Shown: positions 26,954-36,922 of the stretch, piece by piece | Layout of the letters: every line of letters begins with the position of its first letter | Numbering within the stretch: position 1 is the first letter of the stretch | Origin: a bacterium | GTDB taxonomy: Bacteria > Patescibacteriota > Microgenomatia > UBA1400 > UBA12108 | Reading direction: 5' to 3' | NCBI GenBank assembly: GCA_043809365.1 | Contig: JAZDDW010000003.1 | Coordinates: 1 to 56,576 of the forward strand | Length of the DNA: 56,576 bases | Translations under genes and position numbers: made by a program | Notes under the pieces: generated by a model | Databases searched by the model: none | What the model was told of the DNA's origin: nothing | Seen by the model: only the letters and a program-made list of their open reading frames with translations

Positions 26954-28012
26954 ATGAAAACCAAGTTCGATCAGCGCTTGATAAATATATCCCAAAGTAT
27001 TTGGCTCAAGATTGCCGAAATTGAGTCTCTCCGGGGACAGTGGACGGGTAGTACCAAATTTAGCCCTCAAATTTTGGGAAGGTTAAAAAAATCGGTTTTA
27101 GTCACTTCTACCGGTTCCTCTACTCGGATAGAGGGTTCTCGCCTTTCTGACGCCGATATCGAGAAAATGTTGCGGGGTATCTCTATTCAAAAGTTTACTA
27201 ACCGTGATCAGCAGGAAGCTCAGGGTTATTACGAGCTTCTGCACAACGTCTTTGAATCATGGGAAAGCCTCTCTTTCAGCGAAAATTTGCTCAAGCATTT
27301 TCACCAAGAATTACTGAAATATGTTACCAAAGACTCCATTCATCGCGGGGAGTATAAACATCAGGAGAATGCCGTCGCGATGGTAGATGATACCGGTAAA
27401 TCCGTTGGAGTCTTATTTGCTACCACCAAAGCTTATCTTACTCCTAAAGAAATGAACGAACTGATTGACTGGACAATTTCCGCACTCAATCACAAGCTAT
27501 ACCATCCTCTCCTCATTATTGGCAATTTTGTCGTGGAATTCCTCCTCATCCACCCTTTTACCGATGGTAATGGTCGCCTATCTCGTATCCTGACCAACTT
27601 GCTTTTGCTTTCACAAGCTTATTTGTATATGCCATATATCTCTCACGAAAAAATCATCGAAGATAACAAGCCAGAGTATTACTTGGCACTTCGTCAGTCT
27701 CAACAAACCCTTCGTACCAAGAATCAAGACCTTTCTCCTTGGCTCCACTTTTTTCTAGACATTATTTTGGCTCAATCTCGCCTCGCCATCCAACTGTTGT
27801 CCAAGCAAAATCCCGAAAGTACCCTCTCCCCATCTCAACTACTTGTCTTGAATTATCTCCAAACCATTGATACAGCTACCCCAGCCGAAATTGTCAAAGA
27901 GGCGGGAGTTGCGAGGCCCACCATTAACCAAGTCGTCAACAAACTGATAAAATTATCTCTTATAGAGAGGATCGGACAAGGATCAACCACTCGCTATCGG
28001 AGAAAATTATGA
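26954..28012 (+). CDS. Fic family protein with in-cis inhibitory helix motif and C-terminal winged-helix DNA-binding domain
   Basis: Fic motif HPFTDGNGRLSR (27551-27586). STRIEG (27119-27136) matches the [ST]xxxE[GN] inhibitory motif N-terminal to the core. C-terminal LNYLQTIDTATPAEIVKEAGVARPTINQVVNKLIKLSLIER is wHTH-like. Confidence 0.85.
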   Translation: MKTKFDQRLINISQSIWLKIAEIESLRGQWTGSTKFSPQILGRLKKSVLVTSTGSSTRIEGSRLSDADIEKMLRGISIQKFTNRDQQEAQGYYELLHNVFESWESLSFSENLLKHFHQELLKYVTKDSIHRGEYKHQENAVAMVDDTGKSVGVLFATTKAYLTPKEMNELIDWTISALNHKLYHPLLIIGNFVVEFLLIHPFTDGNGRLSRILTNLLLLSQAYLYMPYISHEKIIEDNKPEYYLALRQSQQTLRTKNQDLSPWLHFFLDIILAQSRLAIQLLSKQNPESTLSPSQLLVLNYLQTIDTATPAEIVKEAGVARPTINQVVNKLIKLSLIERIGQGSTTRYRRKL

Positions 28013-29076
28013 AAATCGCCATAATCTTGGGTACTAGACCAGAAATCATTAAAATGTCCCCGATTATTCGGGAACTGCAAAATCGTAAGCTTGATTATTT
28101 TATTCTCCACACTAACCAGCATTACTCGGCAGGGATGGACAAGGTATTTTTTGACGAACTCCAACTTCCTCAACCTCGATATAATCTCGATGTTCATGAT
28201 CTCCCCCAAGGAACGATGGTTGGCAAGATGCTCATTGGGATCGAGCCTATTCTAGAGCAGGAAAAACCCGATTGGGTCCTGGTAGAAGGGGATACCAACA
28301 CCGTCCTAGCCGGTGCTCTCGCCGCTGCCAAACTGGGGATCAAGGTGGGGCACATTGAGGCTGGCCTACGTAGCTACGATCGCGCCATGCCCGAGGAGCT
28401 CAATCGGATCGTTGCCGATCATCTCTCTGACGCGCTTTTTTGTCCTACGCATCATGCCGCCCAAATCGCAATCGGGGAGGGGATACTCAAAAACAAGGTC
28501 ACCTTGACGGGTAATACTATCGTCGATGCCCTAAAGCAGAATCTTGTGCTTGCTCGACAATCAATCTTTGCAAATAAATACTCATCCGCGCCCTACCTAC
28601 TCCTCACCATGCACCGTCCCCACAACGTCGATACTTATGAGGCTCTCACCCAAGCCATCCAATCTCTCGAAGGCCTCGCAGACGAACTCGGTCTCCCCAT
28701 TATCTTCCCAGTTCATCCCAGGACCTCTGCATCCCTCAAACGTTTTGCCCTCACTCCTGACCCAGTCAAAATCAAGCTGATTGAACCTGTGAGCTACCTC
28801 GAGATGCTCATCCTCCTGCAAGGCGCCAAACTTATTGTGACCGACTCCGGTGGCATCCAAGAAGAGGCCTGTATCCTCCGCGTTCCTTGTATTACCATTC
28901 GCGACAATACCGAACGACCAGAAACAGTGAGTGTTGGGGCTAACCTCATTGTGGGTAACTCCAAGGCCAAGGTAATTGAGGGAGCCAGAACCATGCTCGC
29001 CAAACCAAGAGATTGGCCCAATCCCTTTGGCGATGGTCATACGGCAGAGAAAATTATCAAGCTTATACTTTCTTAG
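28009..29076 (+). CDS. wecB: UDP-N-acetylglucosamine 2-epimerase (non-hydrolysing)
   Basis: MKIAIILGTRPEIIKMSPII...VEGDTNTVLAGALAA...HIEAGLRS...EELNR...TDSGGIQEEA are canonical Epimerase_2 motifs. ATGA overlap with the fic stop. Confidence 0.9.
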   Translation: MKIAIILGTRPEIIKMSPIIRELQNRKLDYFILHTNQHYSAGMDKVFFDELQLPQPRYNLDVHDLPQGTMVGKMLIGIEPILEQEKPDWVLVEGDTNTVLAGALAAAKLGIKVGHIEAGLRSYDRAMPEELNRIVADHLSDALFCPTHHAAQIAIGEGILKNKVTLTGNTIVDALKQNLVLARQSIFANKYSSAPYLLLTMHRPHNVDTYEALTQAIQSLEGLADELGLPIIFPVHPRTSASLKRFALTPDPVKIKLIEPVSYLEMLILLQGAKLIVTDSGGIQEEACILRVPCITIRDNTERPETVSVGANLIVGNSKAKVIEGARTMLAKPRDWPNPFGDGHTAEKIIKLILS

Positions 29077-30007
29077 TATATACGCCAAAGAAAGTTTCTG
29101 GCTTTAAAACTCCGCTGGTAACCAATTTTTCGTCGAATGATGTAATAAATTCAAAAAAATCACAATCCCACTGTTTATTCAAGTTAAAATTTGGACCAAA
29201 CTTGGTATCAAAAAATCTCCTAACCATTGCGAAAGCTGGAACGTACACTTCTTCTCGCAAGTTTTTCCGCAGTGCCGGGATAATCGCCTCGGAATTTGCA
29301 CACTCAAAAGAATTGATCGCATAATCTACATTGGGGAAAGTAGCCATATAGATTGGAATTTTAGATATAGTGTGATCCCATTTATATTTCGCGGGGATTA
29401 TTTTCCATAAGGCGTCAACAATCTCTTTAGTTTCATCCCATAGCAAATATCCGTTACGCGAAGGAATATCTACCGTTGTAAAAATCCCCTTCGGTTTGAG
29501 CGCTTTATTAATTTCTTTGGCCACATGGTCTAATTTTTCGAAATGGTGGAGTGCCGCGAAGGCCATAATCACATCGTAGGAATTAGGCTCTAACTTGAGT
29601 TTATTAATATCTTGGGCAATCCCCCGAAACATCACTTGCCTTTTTTCCGCCTCAATTTCCGCCTGGGCCAACACTTCTTCATTGATATCCACTGATGTTA
29701 ACTCAATCACACAACCCACTTCAGCCAATTTGGGGGCCAATACCGCCAGTTCCACCCCGCAAGCTCCCGAACCGAGGCTCAAAACCTTGACTTTTTTCCT
29801 CCCCTTGATCTTTCTCACTATATATTCAGGTAATCCACGTACCCCGGTTTTCTTCTCTATCTGATCGGCAAATTTCTTTTCTACCTCATTCCAAATCGAT
29901 GGCACCTGCTGGAATAACCCATGTTTAAAGATTTGCCGATAATGCTTAATTTCATTGGCTACCCGATCACTGTAACTAGATTTTCTCATTGTTCTATCGT
30001 AGCACAT
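29063..30007 (-). CDS. Class I SAM-dependent methyltransferase
   Basis: VKVLSLGSGACGVELAV (motif I) ...YDVIMAFAALHHF. An alternative ATG at 29989 exists. The 3' end overlaps wecB convergently by 14 nt. Confidence 0.75.
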   Translation of the reverse strand: MCYDRTMRKSSYSDRVANEIKHYRQIFKHGLFQQVPSIWNEVEKKFADQIEKKTGVRGLPEYIVRKIKGRKKVKVLSLGSGACGVELAVLAPKLAEVGCVIELTSVDINEEVLAQAEIEAEKRQVMFRGIAQDINKLKLEPNSYDVIMAFAALHHFEKLDHVAKEINKALKPKGIFTTVDIPSRNGYLLWDETKEIVDALWKIIPAKYKWDHTISKIPIYMATFPNVDYAINSFECANSEAIIPALRKNLREEVYVPAFAMVRRFFDTKFGPNFNLNKQWDCDFFEFITSFDEKLVTSGVLKPETFFGVYTKKV

Positions 30008-30023
30008 AGATTATCATATAAAA

Positions 30024-31487
30024 GTGAGTAAAAAAACTGGGTTAATTATCGCTCTCGTCATCGCCAGCTTATTTTTTTTCGCATACGCTACCATCTCTCT
30101 CAAACTATATAATGCGCATCAAACCAGGGGAGATTTAACTGCCTACGCCCAAAGCCTGTGGAACACGCTACATGGCAATTTTATGCAAACCACCTTCAAT
30201 TATAGTGTCCATAATTATTGGGACAAAGTGTTCCGCGAGATTACCACCCAAAACAGCAATCTCTTTGGGATCCACTTTAGTCCTATCATGTTATTTCTTT
30301 TGCCTATTTATGCGATTTTCCCTCAACCCCCCACTCTCCTTGTCATTCAGGCTCTTTTCACTGCCTTGGGTGGTTTACTGATATATGTCTTAGCCTGCCA
30401 AGTCCTTCAAAAGCGTTGGCTAGCCATTATCCTTGAGTTTAGTTATTTACTCTATTTTCCGACCGTTTCCGCCACCCTAAGTCAGTTTCACGCTTATACA
30501 CTTGTTCTCTTTTTCGGTCCGCTCCTTATTATCTATTCTCGCCAGAAAAATATGCTCGGATATTATTTAAGCCTATTAGCCTTTCTCTTTATCCAAGAAA
30601 ACACCTCAATAGTTGCCTGTTTCTTTGGATTTTCGTTAATGATCTCCCCTTTGACTAGACGAACTGGCATTATCACCGTCTTATTTAGCATGCTTTATTT
30701 TGTCATCGTTCTTCAATATGTCATCCCCGCACTCTCCCCATATCACGGCTATTTGTTTGGGAGTATCTACGGGAATAAACTTGGTGGCAACATATTTCAA
30801 ATTATCCGCGGGTCTTTTCTGCATCCCGTACTCCTCTTTCAATCAATCTTCACCCCTGCCAATATGACCTATCTCGGTAATTTATTCATTGGCATTGGTC
30901 CTTTTGCACTTTTCTCACCCCTGATGTTACTGGTCGGGGTTTCTTCTCTAATGCAGAATATCCTTTCCTCATCATTGGGCTTAAAATCTCAAATAATGCA
31001 CTACGAGTCAGGTAGTGCACCTTTTCTTTTTTATGCTCTTATTCTCGGGATTGGTATCTTTATTGCCAAAAGCAGTTTTGGTAAAACCAAAAAAGGCTTA
31101 TTCGCTCTTTGCCTACTTCTTATTATGACTGCAGGCTTTAGCTACAAAAAATTTACCTCGTTACGTTTTAATCTCACTCTACTCACCACCCCGCTTTACA
31201 CCGAAAGGGATTTAGAAATGGACAGTTTATTATCCCAGATTCCCCCTAGTGGGTCTGTCTCGACCCAAGATTATCTTTCAGCCCATCTATCTAATCGTGC
31301 CCATCTTTACAACTTCCCCGTCTATTATGACCGAGTTGATTACCTTCTCCTTTCCAAGGGGGATGCCTCCTGGCCACTAACACCAACAGAACAAACTCAA
31401 ATTTTGAGCGAAATCAATCAAAATCCATCCTACCGTTCTTTTGCACAAACCCCCAATTTTATTTTGTACTCTCGGCAATCTTTTTAG
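30024..31487 (+). CDS. DUF2079-family polytopic membrane protein (GT-C-like)
   Basis: GTG start at 30024. GDLTAYAQSLWNTLHGNFMQTT...GIHFSPIMLFLLPIY is the DUF2079 signature as I remember it. Confidence 0.6.
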   Translation: MSKKTGLIIALVIASLFFFAYATISLKLYNAHQTRGDLTAYAQSLWNTLHGNFMQTTFNYSVHNYWDKVFREITTQNSNLFGIHFSPIMLFLLPIYAIFPQPPTLLVIQALFTALGGLLIYVLACQVLQKRWLAIILEFSYLLYFPTVSATLSQFHAYTLVLFFGPLLIIYSRQKNMLGYYLSLLAFLFIQENTSIVACFFGFSLMISPLTRRTGIITVLFSMLYFVIVLQYVIPALSPYHGYLFGSIYGNKLGGNIFQIIRGSFLHPVLLFQSIFTPANMTYLGNLFIGIGPFALFSPLMLLVGVSSLMQNILSSSLGLKSQIMHYESGSAPFLFYALILGIGIFIAKSSFGKTKKGLFALCLLLIMTAGFSYKKFTSLRFNLTLLTTPLYTERDLEMDSLLSQIPPSGSVSTQDYLSAHLSNRAHLYNFPVYYDRVDYLLLSKGDASWPLTPTEQTQILSEINQNPSYRSFAQTPNFILYSRQSF

Positions 31488-32760
31488 CAGCTATCTCTCC
31501 CATCGAAATAGCATAATTGGTTCCACGATCCCAGGGATATACCATATCCATATTTGCAAAATATATATTTTTAATGGGAGTTAACATTGGGGGTAGTCTA
31601 TTGCGATAGCCCACATTCACAATTGGTTGTGCATCAGGCATATTAAATAATTTAACATCCAACAAATGTTTGCGGTAATTTGGATTTATCTTTGTAAGCT
31701 GATTATCAAATATTCCCAACATTTCTTTTGCTGACATTTTCAGGTAATTATGATCATCTGGAAGATAGTTACCCACATAGACTATATGTTGACCCCCATA
31801 ATGGCTACTATTCATAAAATTTGTGTGTTCAACTACACCTACGAATGGAGAATTACGATCTGTCAAATTTAACCAATATGTTTGCTTCATAAACTGTTTA
31901 TCTAGAATCAATATCAAAACCTGTGCCGATAGATGTTTAATGTTTTGGAGTTTACATCGATAACTTGCCGGGAAATCAGTAAACAATTTAGTCATTACGC
32001 TAGAGGGAGTAGTGACTAGTATCTTGTCAGCTCGAAGTATGACTCTCTTCTTTGTAGTTATTACAAATTCGCCCCTCTTTTTCTTGATATTTGTCACTTG
32101 CTCCTCCAACATTATCTGGCCCCCCGACTCACGTATTTTCCTCATTAGCGTCCCGGTGAAACTCGCAAATCCACCTTCCGGATAAGCTAGCGTCGCAGTA
32201 CGTTTCTTTATGCGTGCCCAGAACCAAACCAGAGAAATTTTGCTTCTAAATTTGCTAAACTTACCACGAAATAAAGGGTCCCAGACAATTGCGGTTACAG
32301 TCTTCCCCATCCATTTATTCATCCACGGCAAAGCTAGAACACTCTCCAGTTTCCGGTAGTTATTCACAAATTTTAGATAGCCCAGAGCTCCTCCTAGGCG
32401 GATCTTATCTATAAGTGAAAAAAATGGGAATGTAATAATAGATAATGGTGAGTCAAAAGAAAAATTTTTATCACGGTAAAATATGTCTGTTTTTGGTTTC
32501 TCAAATATTACTCTGTGTCCAATTTCTTTGGCCAAATTAAGGGCTGACCTATCATTGGCAAACCAGTGATGATAAAATTTCTCAAGTTTCCACCCCCATT
32601 TATTAGAGGTAAACGACTCTGCAAGTCCTCCAGGTTCAATATTTTTTTCTAATAGTGTAACTGCATAACCCAATTTTAGTAATTGGTATGCTCCCGAAAG
32701 CCCAGTTAAACCGGCTCCAACTATCACAACTCTTTGTTTCTTATTTCTTTTGACAATCAT
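31459..32760 (-). CDS. FAD-dependent oxidoreductase (amine oxidase / protoporphyrinogen-oxidase-like superfamily)
   Basis: ATG at 32760 gives MIVKRNKKQRVVIVGAGLTGLSGAYQLLKLGYAVTLLEKNIEPGG (dinucleotide-binding fold). The longer track ORF would run deep into the upstream gene. Confidence 0.7.
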   Translation of the reverse strand: MIVKRNKKQRVVIVGAGLTGLSGAYQLLKLGYAVTLLEKNIEPGGLAESFTSNKWGWKLEKFYHHWFANDRSALNLAKEIGHRVIFEKPKTDIFYRDKNFSFDSPLSIITFPFFSLIDKIRLGGALGYLKFVNNYRKLESVLALPWMNKWMGKTVTAIVWDPLFRGKFSKFRSKISLVWFWARIKKRTATLAYPEGGFASFTGTLMRKIRESGGQIMLEEQVTNIKKKRGEFVITTKKRVILRADKILVTTPSSVMTKLFTDFPASYRCKLQNIKHLSAQVLILILDKQFMKQTYWLNLTDRNSPFVGVVEHTNFMNSSHYGGQHIVYVGNYLPDDHNYLKMSAKEMLGIFDNQLTKINPNYRKHLLDVKLFNMPDAQPIVNVGYRNRLPPMLTPIKNIYFANMDMVYPWDRGTNYAISMGEIAAKKIAESTK

Positions 32761-34531
32761 AAATCCAGGTTTCTCCGAAATAATCATCTCGTTGAAAATA
32801 CTTATCCCGACCGATCTTACCCCTTTTTTGACACGCAAACGATTTCAAAATATCCAAATCATTTATTTGAGACTCATACGAATTATCTGTCAACAATATC
32901 ACTTTCTTCATAGACTTAACTTGTTGGAGATTGTTTTTAATGTTAGGGCTAATTTTCTTAGAAGAAAGAAGACTATCGTACTGGCTAGTAGTAACGCCGG
33001 ACACGACGGGCAACCCGTTCAAATACGCCATATATGCCACGTAAGTTACCGGTCCGCGGTACACCATAATTACCGCCTCATTATCCTCAAAAATTTTGCG
33101 ATATTCTAGACTGGACGCACCAACTGTATCTCGTCCCAAAAGTAGTAAACCTTCGCGGTATTTTTCTAAGAAATATGCATTGGCAGCTGGCGTCCTGATG
33201 GAAGGATTTGGTCTCCAAGATAAATCTGTTTTCAAGGAACTCGCGCCCCCGATCGCGATAATTGCCAAAATTACATATCGTTTTTTTCCAAGCCCGCTAA
33301 ACCATTTTGGTATATGTCTAATTTCTCCTACCAACATGATCACCGCAATCGCGTTCAGTGCCAAATAATATCTCGAATATCCGGTCAAAACCGACCACAG
33401 AAAATAACTCAACACCACACTTACATACTGCCAAGATTTCGTTCTCCAACTCATGATCATGGTTCCGACATACCCCAATATCGGTAAGGGAGCAAAAAAC
33501 ACTTTTGCAATTGGCGCAACCATTCCCTCTCCGAATCTGTCACTAAATTGACCAATTATCGGCCACACTGTCATCTGCCATATATTTTGGGGCCCAAAAA
33601 TCCTATTCGTAAAGTTTGAAAGAGGGAACAAGGGTGATTGAAAAATTCCATTATAAAGTCCCATTACCGGATTACCTGTCTCCAAATACAGTCTCACAAA
33701 ATACAGAGAACTTACTCCTGCCGCGAGTATCACGATTAGCCAATTTATTTTTCGTCTATTTTGCCACAAATAATATAGAAATATCGGCAAAACAAAGATT
33801 CCCGCCGATTGCTTAATTAAGATAGCCATCCCCATCGTCAAAGCCGCTAGGGTTTTATTTGTGGTTTTAGCAGTCGCCAAATATGTCGCTTCTAATACTA
33901 TGACCAATGCGAAATAATCCACCATTAGAGTTCCAGTCGTTGCAATTTGGTGTGGTACATACGGCAACACCATAAAAACAACCAGGAGCAGAAACTTCTG
34001 CAATCTATTTTTTGCGATTGCTCGCCACCTTGATGCAATCGAGGTTAACCAGATACTGATGATCAAGTATAATAATGCAATCGTCCATCTAATGCCCAAT
34101 ATCTTGAGAAACCAGGTATAACCCAAATCAACCGCAGGGTAAAAATAACTTCCCCATGCCGTAGACATAAAATTGTTATCATGGAATACCCTACTCGCGT
34201 AATCTCCTGCCATAAAATGGTAAGCCAGATCGTCATGAGTAGGGTAAACCAAAGGAAATCTGATCAAAATTGGTATTAAGTAGAAAGCTAATAATCCAAG
34301 TTCAATCCCTTCTATCTTAACCTTGAATTCTCGATAATATCTACTCAACCAGATTAAAGAGAACACCATCAAGCCCAGTCGAGCTAGTAAACCGTATTCT
34401 TCAGCAATTATTATCTCTGCAGGCAACACAGATAGCATCGCTATATACAGTATATTGCCGACTGTATAAACAAACAGTCCGAAAGGAAGAGATTGGAAAA
34501 TCACCGCAAGTCGCTTGATCATTTTAGCCAT
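32741..34531 (-). CDS. Large polytopic membrane protein with C-terminal soluble domain (GT-C-like candidate)
   Basis: ATG at 34531 chosen (the track start at 34564 is TTG; another ATG lies at 34522). More than 10 hydrophobic segments, acidic first-loop THDDLAYHFMAGDY, and about 150 aa of C-terminal soluble region. Confidence 0.45.
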   Translation of the reverse strand: MAKMIKRLAVIFQSLPFGLFVYTVGNILYIAMLSVLPAEIIIAEEYGLLARLGLMVFSLIWLSRYYREFKVKIEGIELGLLAFYLIPILIRFPLVYPTHDDLAYHFMAGDYASRVFHDNNFMSTAWGSYFYPAVDLGYTWFLKILGIRWTIALLYLIISIWLTSIASRWRAIAKNRLQKFLLLVVFMVLPYVPHQIATTGTLMVDYFALVIVLEATYLATAKTTNKTLAALTMGMAILIKQSAGIFVLPIFLYYLWQNRRKINWLIVILAAGVSSLYFVRLYLETGNPVMGLYNGIFQSPLFPLSNFTNRIFGPQNIWQMTVWPIIGQFSDRFGEGMVAPIAKVFFAPLPILGYVGTMIMSWRTKSWQYVSVVLSYFLWSVLTGYSRYYLALNAIAVIMLVGEIRHIPKWFSGLGKKRYVILAIIAIGGASSLKTDLSWRPNPSIRTPAANAYFLEKYREGLLLLGRDTVGASSLEYRKIFEDNEAVIMVYRGPVTYVAYMAYLNGLPVVSGVTTSQYDSLLSSKKISPNIKNNLQQVKSMKKVILLTDNSYESQINDLDILKSFACQKRGKIGRDKYFQRDDYFGETWIYDCQKK

Positions 34532-35039
34532 CCCAGTTAGCAAACTGCAAATGACTGCATGCAATATAATCCATAGGCAGCCACGGTGAATTTAATGGAG
34601 TAAATATTATCAGTTCACGAGGAACGTCTTGCATAGTAGACAACAAATTGATCAAAGCAGTTGGGTTATAAGTTAACAATCCTGGCTGGAATTTATACCG
34701 ACTAGACAGCTCACAAAAATATCTGATCAGTCGTTCATTGTTCAGGGCTATTGCCATATCTACCATTTGGTTGTGTAATCCAAAACACCCTTGTTCTTGA
34801 TCTAATAATTTAATAATTTCCAATTCGCACATTATCTTAATTCCTGTTGCAAAATCTTTCTTTAAGGCCTTCCCAGCGTAAGGAACATTATTCAGCGAGA
34901 AACGACAAAATTGAGTCAAAGATAACTGTCTGGCTCGTTTCACCATTATTCCGATTTGACTAGAGCTGGTCAACTCACGAGCTATTTCCTCGACATGTGG
35001 GACAATAAATTTGCTCGCTAATTTTGTTTTAATGATCAT
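34524..35039 (-). CDS. Hypothetical protein, no recognisable family
   Basis: 171 aa ORF. ATGA-coupled to the upstream SDR-Gfo gene and abuts or overlaps the downstream membrane protein gene. No motif recognised. Confidence 0.4.
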   Translation of the reverse strand: MIIKTKLASKFIVPHVEEIARELTSSSQIGIMVKRARQLSLTQFCRFSLNNVPYAGKALKKDFATGIKIMCELEIIKLLDQEQGCFGLHNQMVDMAIALNNERLIRYFCELSSRYKFQPGLLTYNPTALINLLSTMQDVPRELIIFTPLNSPWLPMDYIACSHLQFANWDG

Positions 35040-36922
35040 AATATTTGCTTACAATTTTGATAACTTCGAAATATTGTTGTCTCTACCTCTAAGGCAAATT
35101 TTAATGTATTTTTCGCTTCGACAGGCAATCCAGAAATCGTATCAAGAAACGCCTTATTTTCCAAATAAAATGCCTCTCCGTTTGCCTTAGGATTAATATT
35201 AAAAATCGGTTGATCAGTGGGGAGGTTTTCTTCGGTTATCTTTTTTGTGGTTCCGTTCTTTAGTCTTATTAATATCCGCTTGCCATCTACCTTCATGACT
35301 CCTTTCTCAAAGCTAATTTTCAAGAAGCTCACCGGTGTAATTCTTCCTTTTACACTCCACGATAACGACACTTTTCCTTGGAATTTCCCGTAATTTAGCC
35401 ATAGTTTTACCTCATCATCCAATTCAGGCACATATTTACATTTAATAGTTCCCGTTACTTTTTTAGGTCGTCCAAAAAATTGAGTTAAAAGGGAAAAAAA
35501 ATGTGGACCTGGATTCATCAATACTCCTCCCCCGGCCATTTGTTTATTAAACATCCATCCTTTCTTCGGACCAAAAACTTCACTATGCTCAAAATATCCG
35601 ACATAACCGATAACTTCTCCGTAACGTTTACTCTTAATTATTTTATTAACTTGCTGGTAAATCCGTGAATACAAAAGAGTATAGCCCACATGTACTACCT
35701 GTTTAGTAACTAGAGCTTGGAATGCCTTGGCTTGATCGGCATTCAAAACCGACGGCTTTTCCAAAAATACATGAGCACCATGAGAAACAGCCTCCTTTAG
35801 CAAATCGAAATGGGTAAATGTAGGGGTAATAATATATACCGCATCTATTTTTTCGCGCTTAAATGCTTCATTCAAAGTTGGATAAAAATTACCCCCTATG
35901 CCCATACTTTTTACTGTACTAAACAATTGTTTATTAGTGTCGACTAATGCGACTATTTCAACATTGGGGAACATACTCAACAAGGACAAATGAAACATTC
36001 CCATTTTCCCTAGTCCTACTACCGCAATCTGCAATTTAGTAGGGCGCAAAACGAGTTCAGCTCCAACCTTAAAAGGAGTAGGGTGATATGCAAATTTCTT
36101 TATGATCGATCTAGGGTTACAATGTGTGCTTTGAGTTGACCCCAACACATTGTCTTGGTAAAACGGAGGATTTTTAAACACGCGAAAAATCCTGGCTAAG
36201 ATTAGACCCATCCAAGTTGGGACGTGGACTAGTCTTGTTTTGTACCCTGCAATTGTCCTATACAGCATGTTGTACGTGATCGGTTTTTCACAACCGACAT
36301 CATAAATTGCCGCATTCAGTGATTTATCTTCAATCACTTTTTCGATGATGTTAGCAAAATCGTGTACTGCAATAGGATAAATTTTTGTTTTCCCATCACC
36401 AAACACCGGGATAAATGGCAACAGCTTAATCATACGTTTAATTTTGTTAAATAGCCCTCTCGCTCCACCTCCATACACCAAACTCGGTTTCAAAATTACG
36501 TAAGAAAGACCGCTCATCTTGACAATTTTATCGCTCTCGTTTTTTGTTCGCGCATATATTCCTTGAACACGGATCTTTGTGGCCTGTGAACTAATCTGAA
36601 TAAACTTTCGGACTTTCTTTTTGCTACACGCCATCGTCAGGTTAATTACGCCATCGACATTAACTTGCTGACTTAATATCTTGTCATTGCTATTGACCGC
36701 CAAATTTACAACTATCGAGTGCGAAGGGATACTTTTATATAATGAAGCATAGTTTGTCAAATCGCCATATACCACGTGGATATTATTCGATAGTGGAAAT
36801 GATGGGATAGAATATGCCCTTAGCAAAGCATAAACTTGATAGCCACTTCTAGCCAAAGTCGCAACTAGTGTTTGACCAATAAATCCATTTGCCCCAGTAA
36901 CATATATTAATGGTAATTTCAC
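35036..36922 (-). CDS. Fusion: NAD-dependent epimerase/dehydratase (SDR) + Gfo/Idh/MocA oxidoreductase
   Basis: The GTG at 36922 forms a GTGA overlap with the upstream stop and is preceded by GGAGG with a 5-nt spacer (the track start at 36937 is TTG). VTGANGFIGQTLV (SDR), then from about aa 300 IAVVGLGKMGMFHLSLL...FLEKP (Gfo/Idh/MocA). Confidence 0.75.
   Translation of the reverse strand: MKLPLIYVTGANGFIGQTLVATLARSGYQVYALLRAYSIPSFPLSNNIHVVYGDLTNYASLYKSIPSHSIVVNLAVNSNDKILSQQVNVDGVINLTMACSKKKVRKFIQISSQATKIRVQGIYARTKNESDKIVKMSGLSYVILKPSLVYGGGARGLFNKIKRMIKLLPFIPVFGDGKTKIYPIAVHDFANIIEKVIEDKSLNAAIYDVGCEKPITYNMLYRTIAGYKTRLVHVPTWMGLILARIFRVFKNPPFYQDNVLGSTQSTHCNPRSIIKKFAYHPTPFKVGAELVLRPTKLQIAVVGLGKMGMFHLSLLSMFPNVEIVALVDTNKQLFSTVKSMGIGGNFYPTLNEAFKREKIDAVYIITPTFTHFDLLKEAVSHGAHVFLEKPSVLNADQAKAFQALVTKQVVHVGYTLLYSRIYQQVNKIIKSKRYGEVIGYVGYFEHSEVFGPKKGWMFNKQMAGGGVLMNPGPHFFSLLTQFFGRPKKVTGTIKCKYVPELDDEVKLWLNYGKFQGKVSLSWSVKGRITPVSFLKISFEKGVMKVDGKRILIRLKNGTTKKITEENLPTDQPIFNINPKANGEAFYLENKAFLDTISGLPVEAKNTLKFALEVETTIFRSYQNCKQIL

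Noticed and set aside
26954-28012. Fic gene as the toxin of a toxin-antitoxin module or as part of a defence island.
   Set aside because: There is no adjacent small antitoxin ORF. The inhibitory [ST]xxxE[GN] motif is in cis, and the neighbours are biosynthetic genes.
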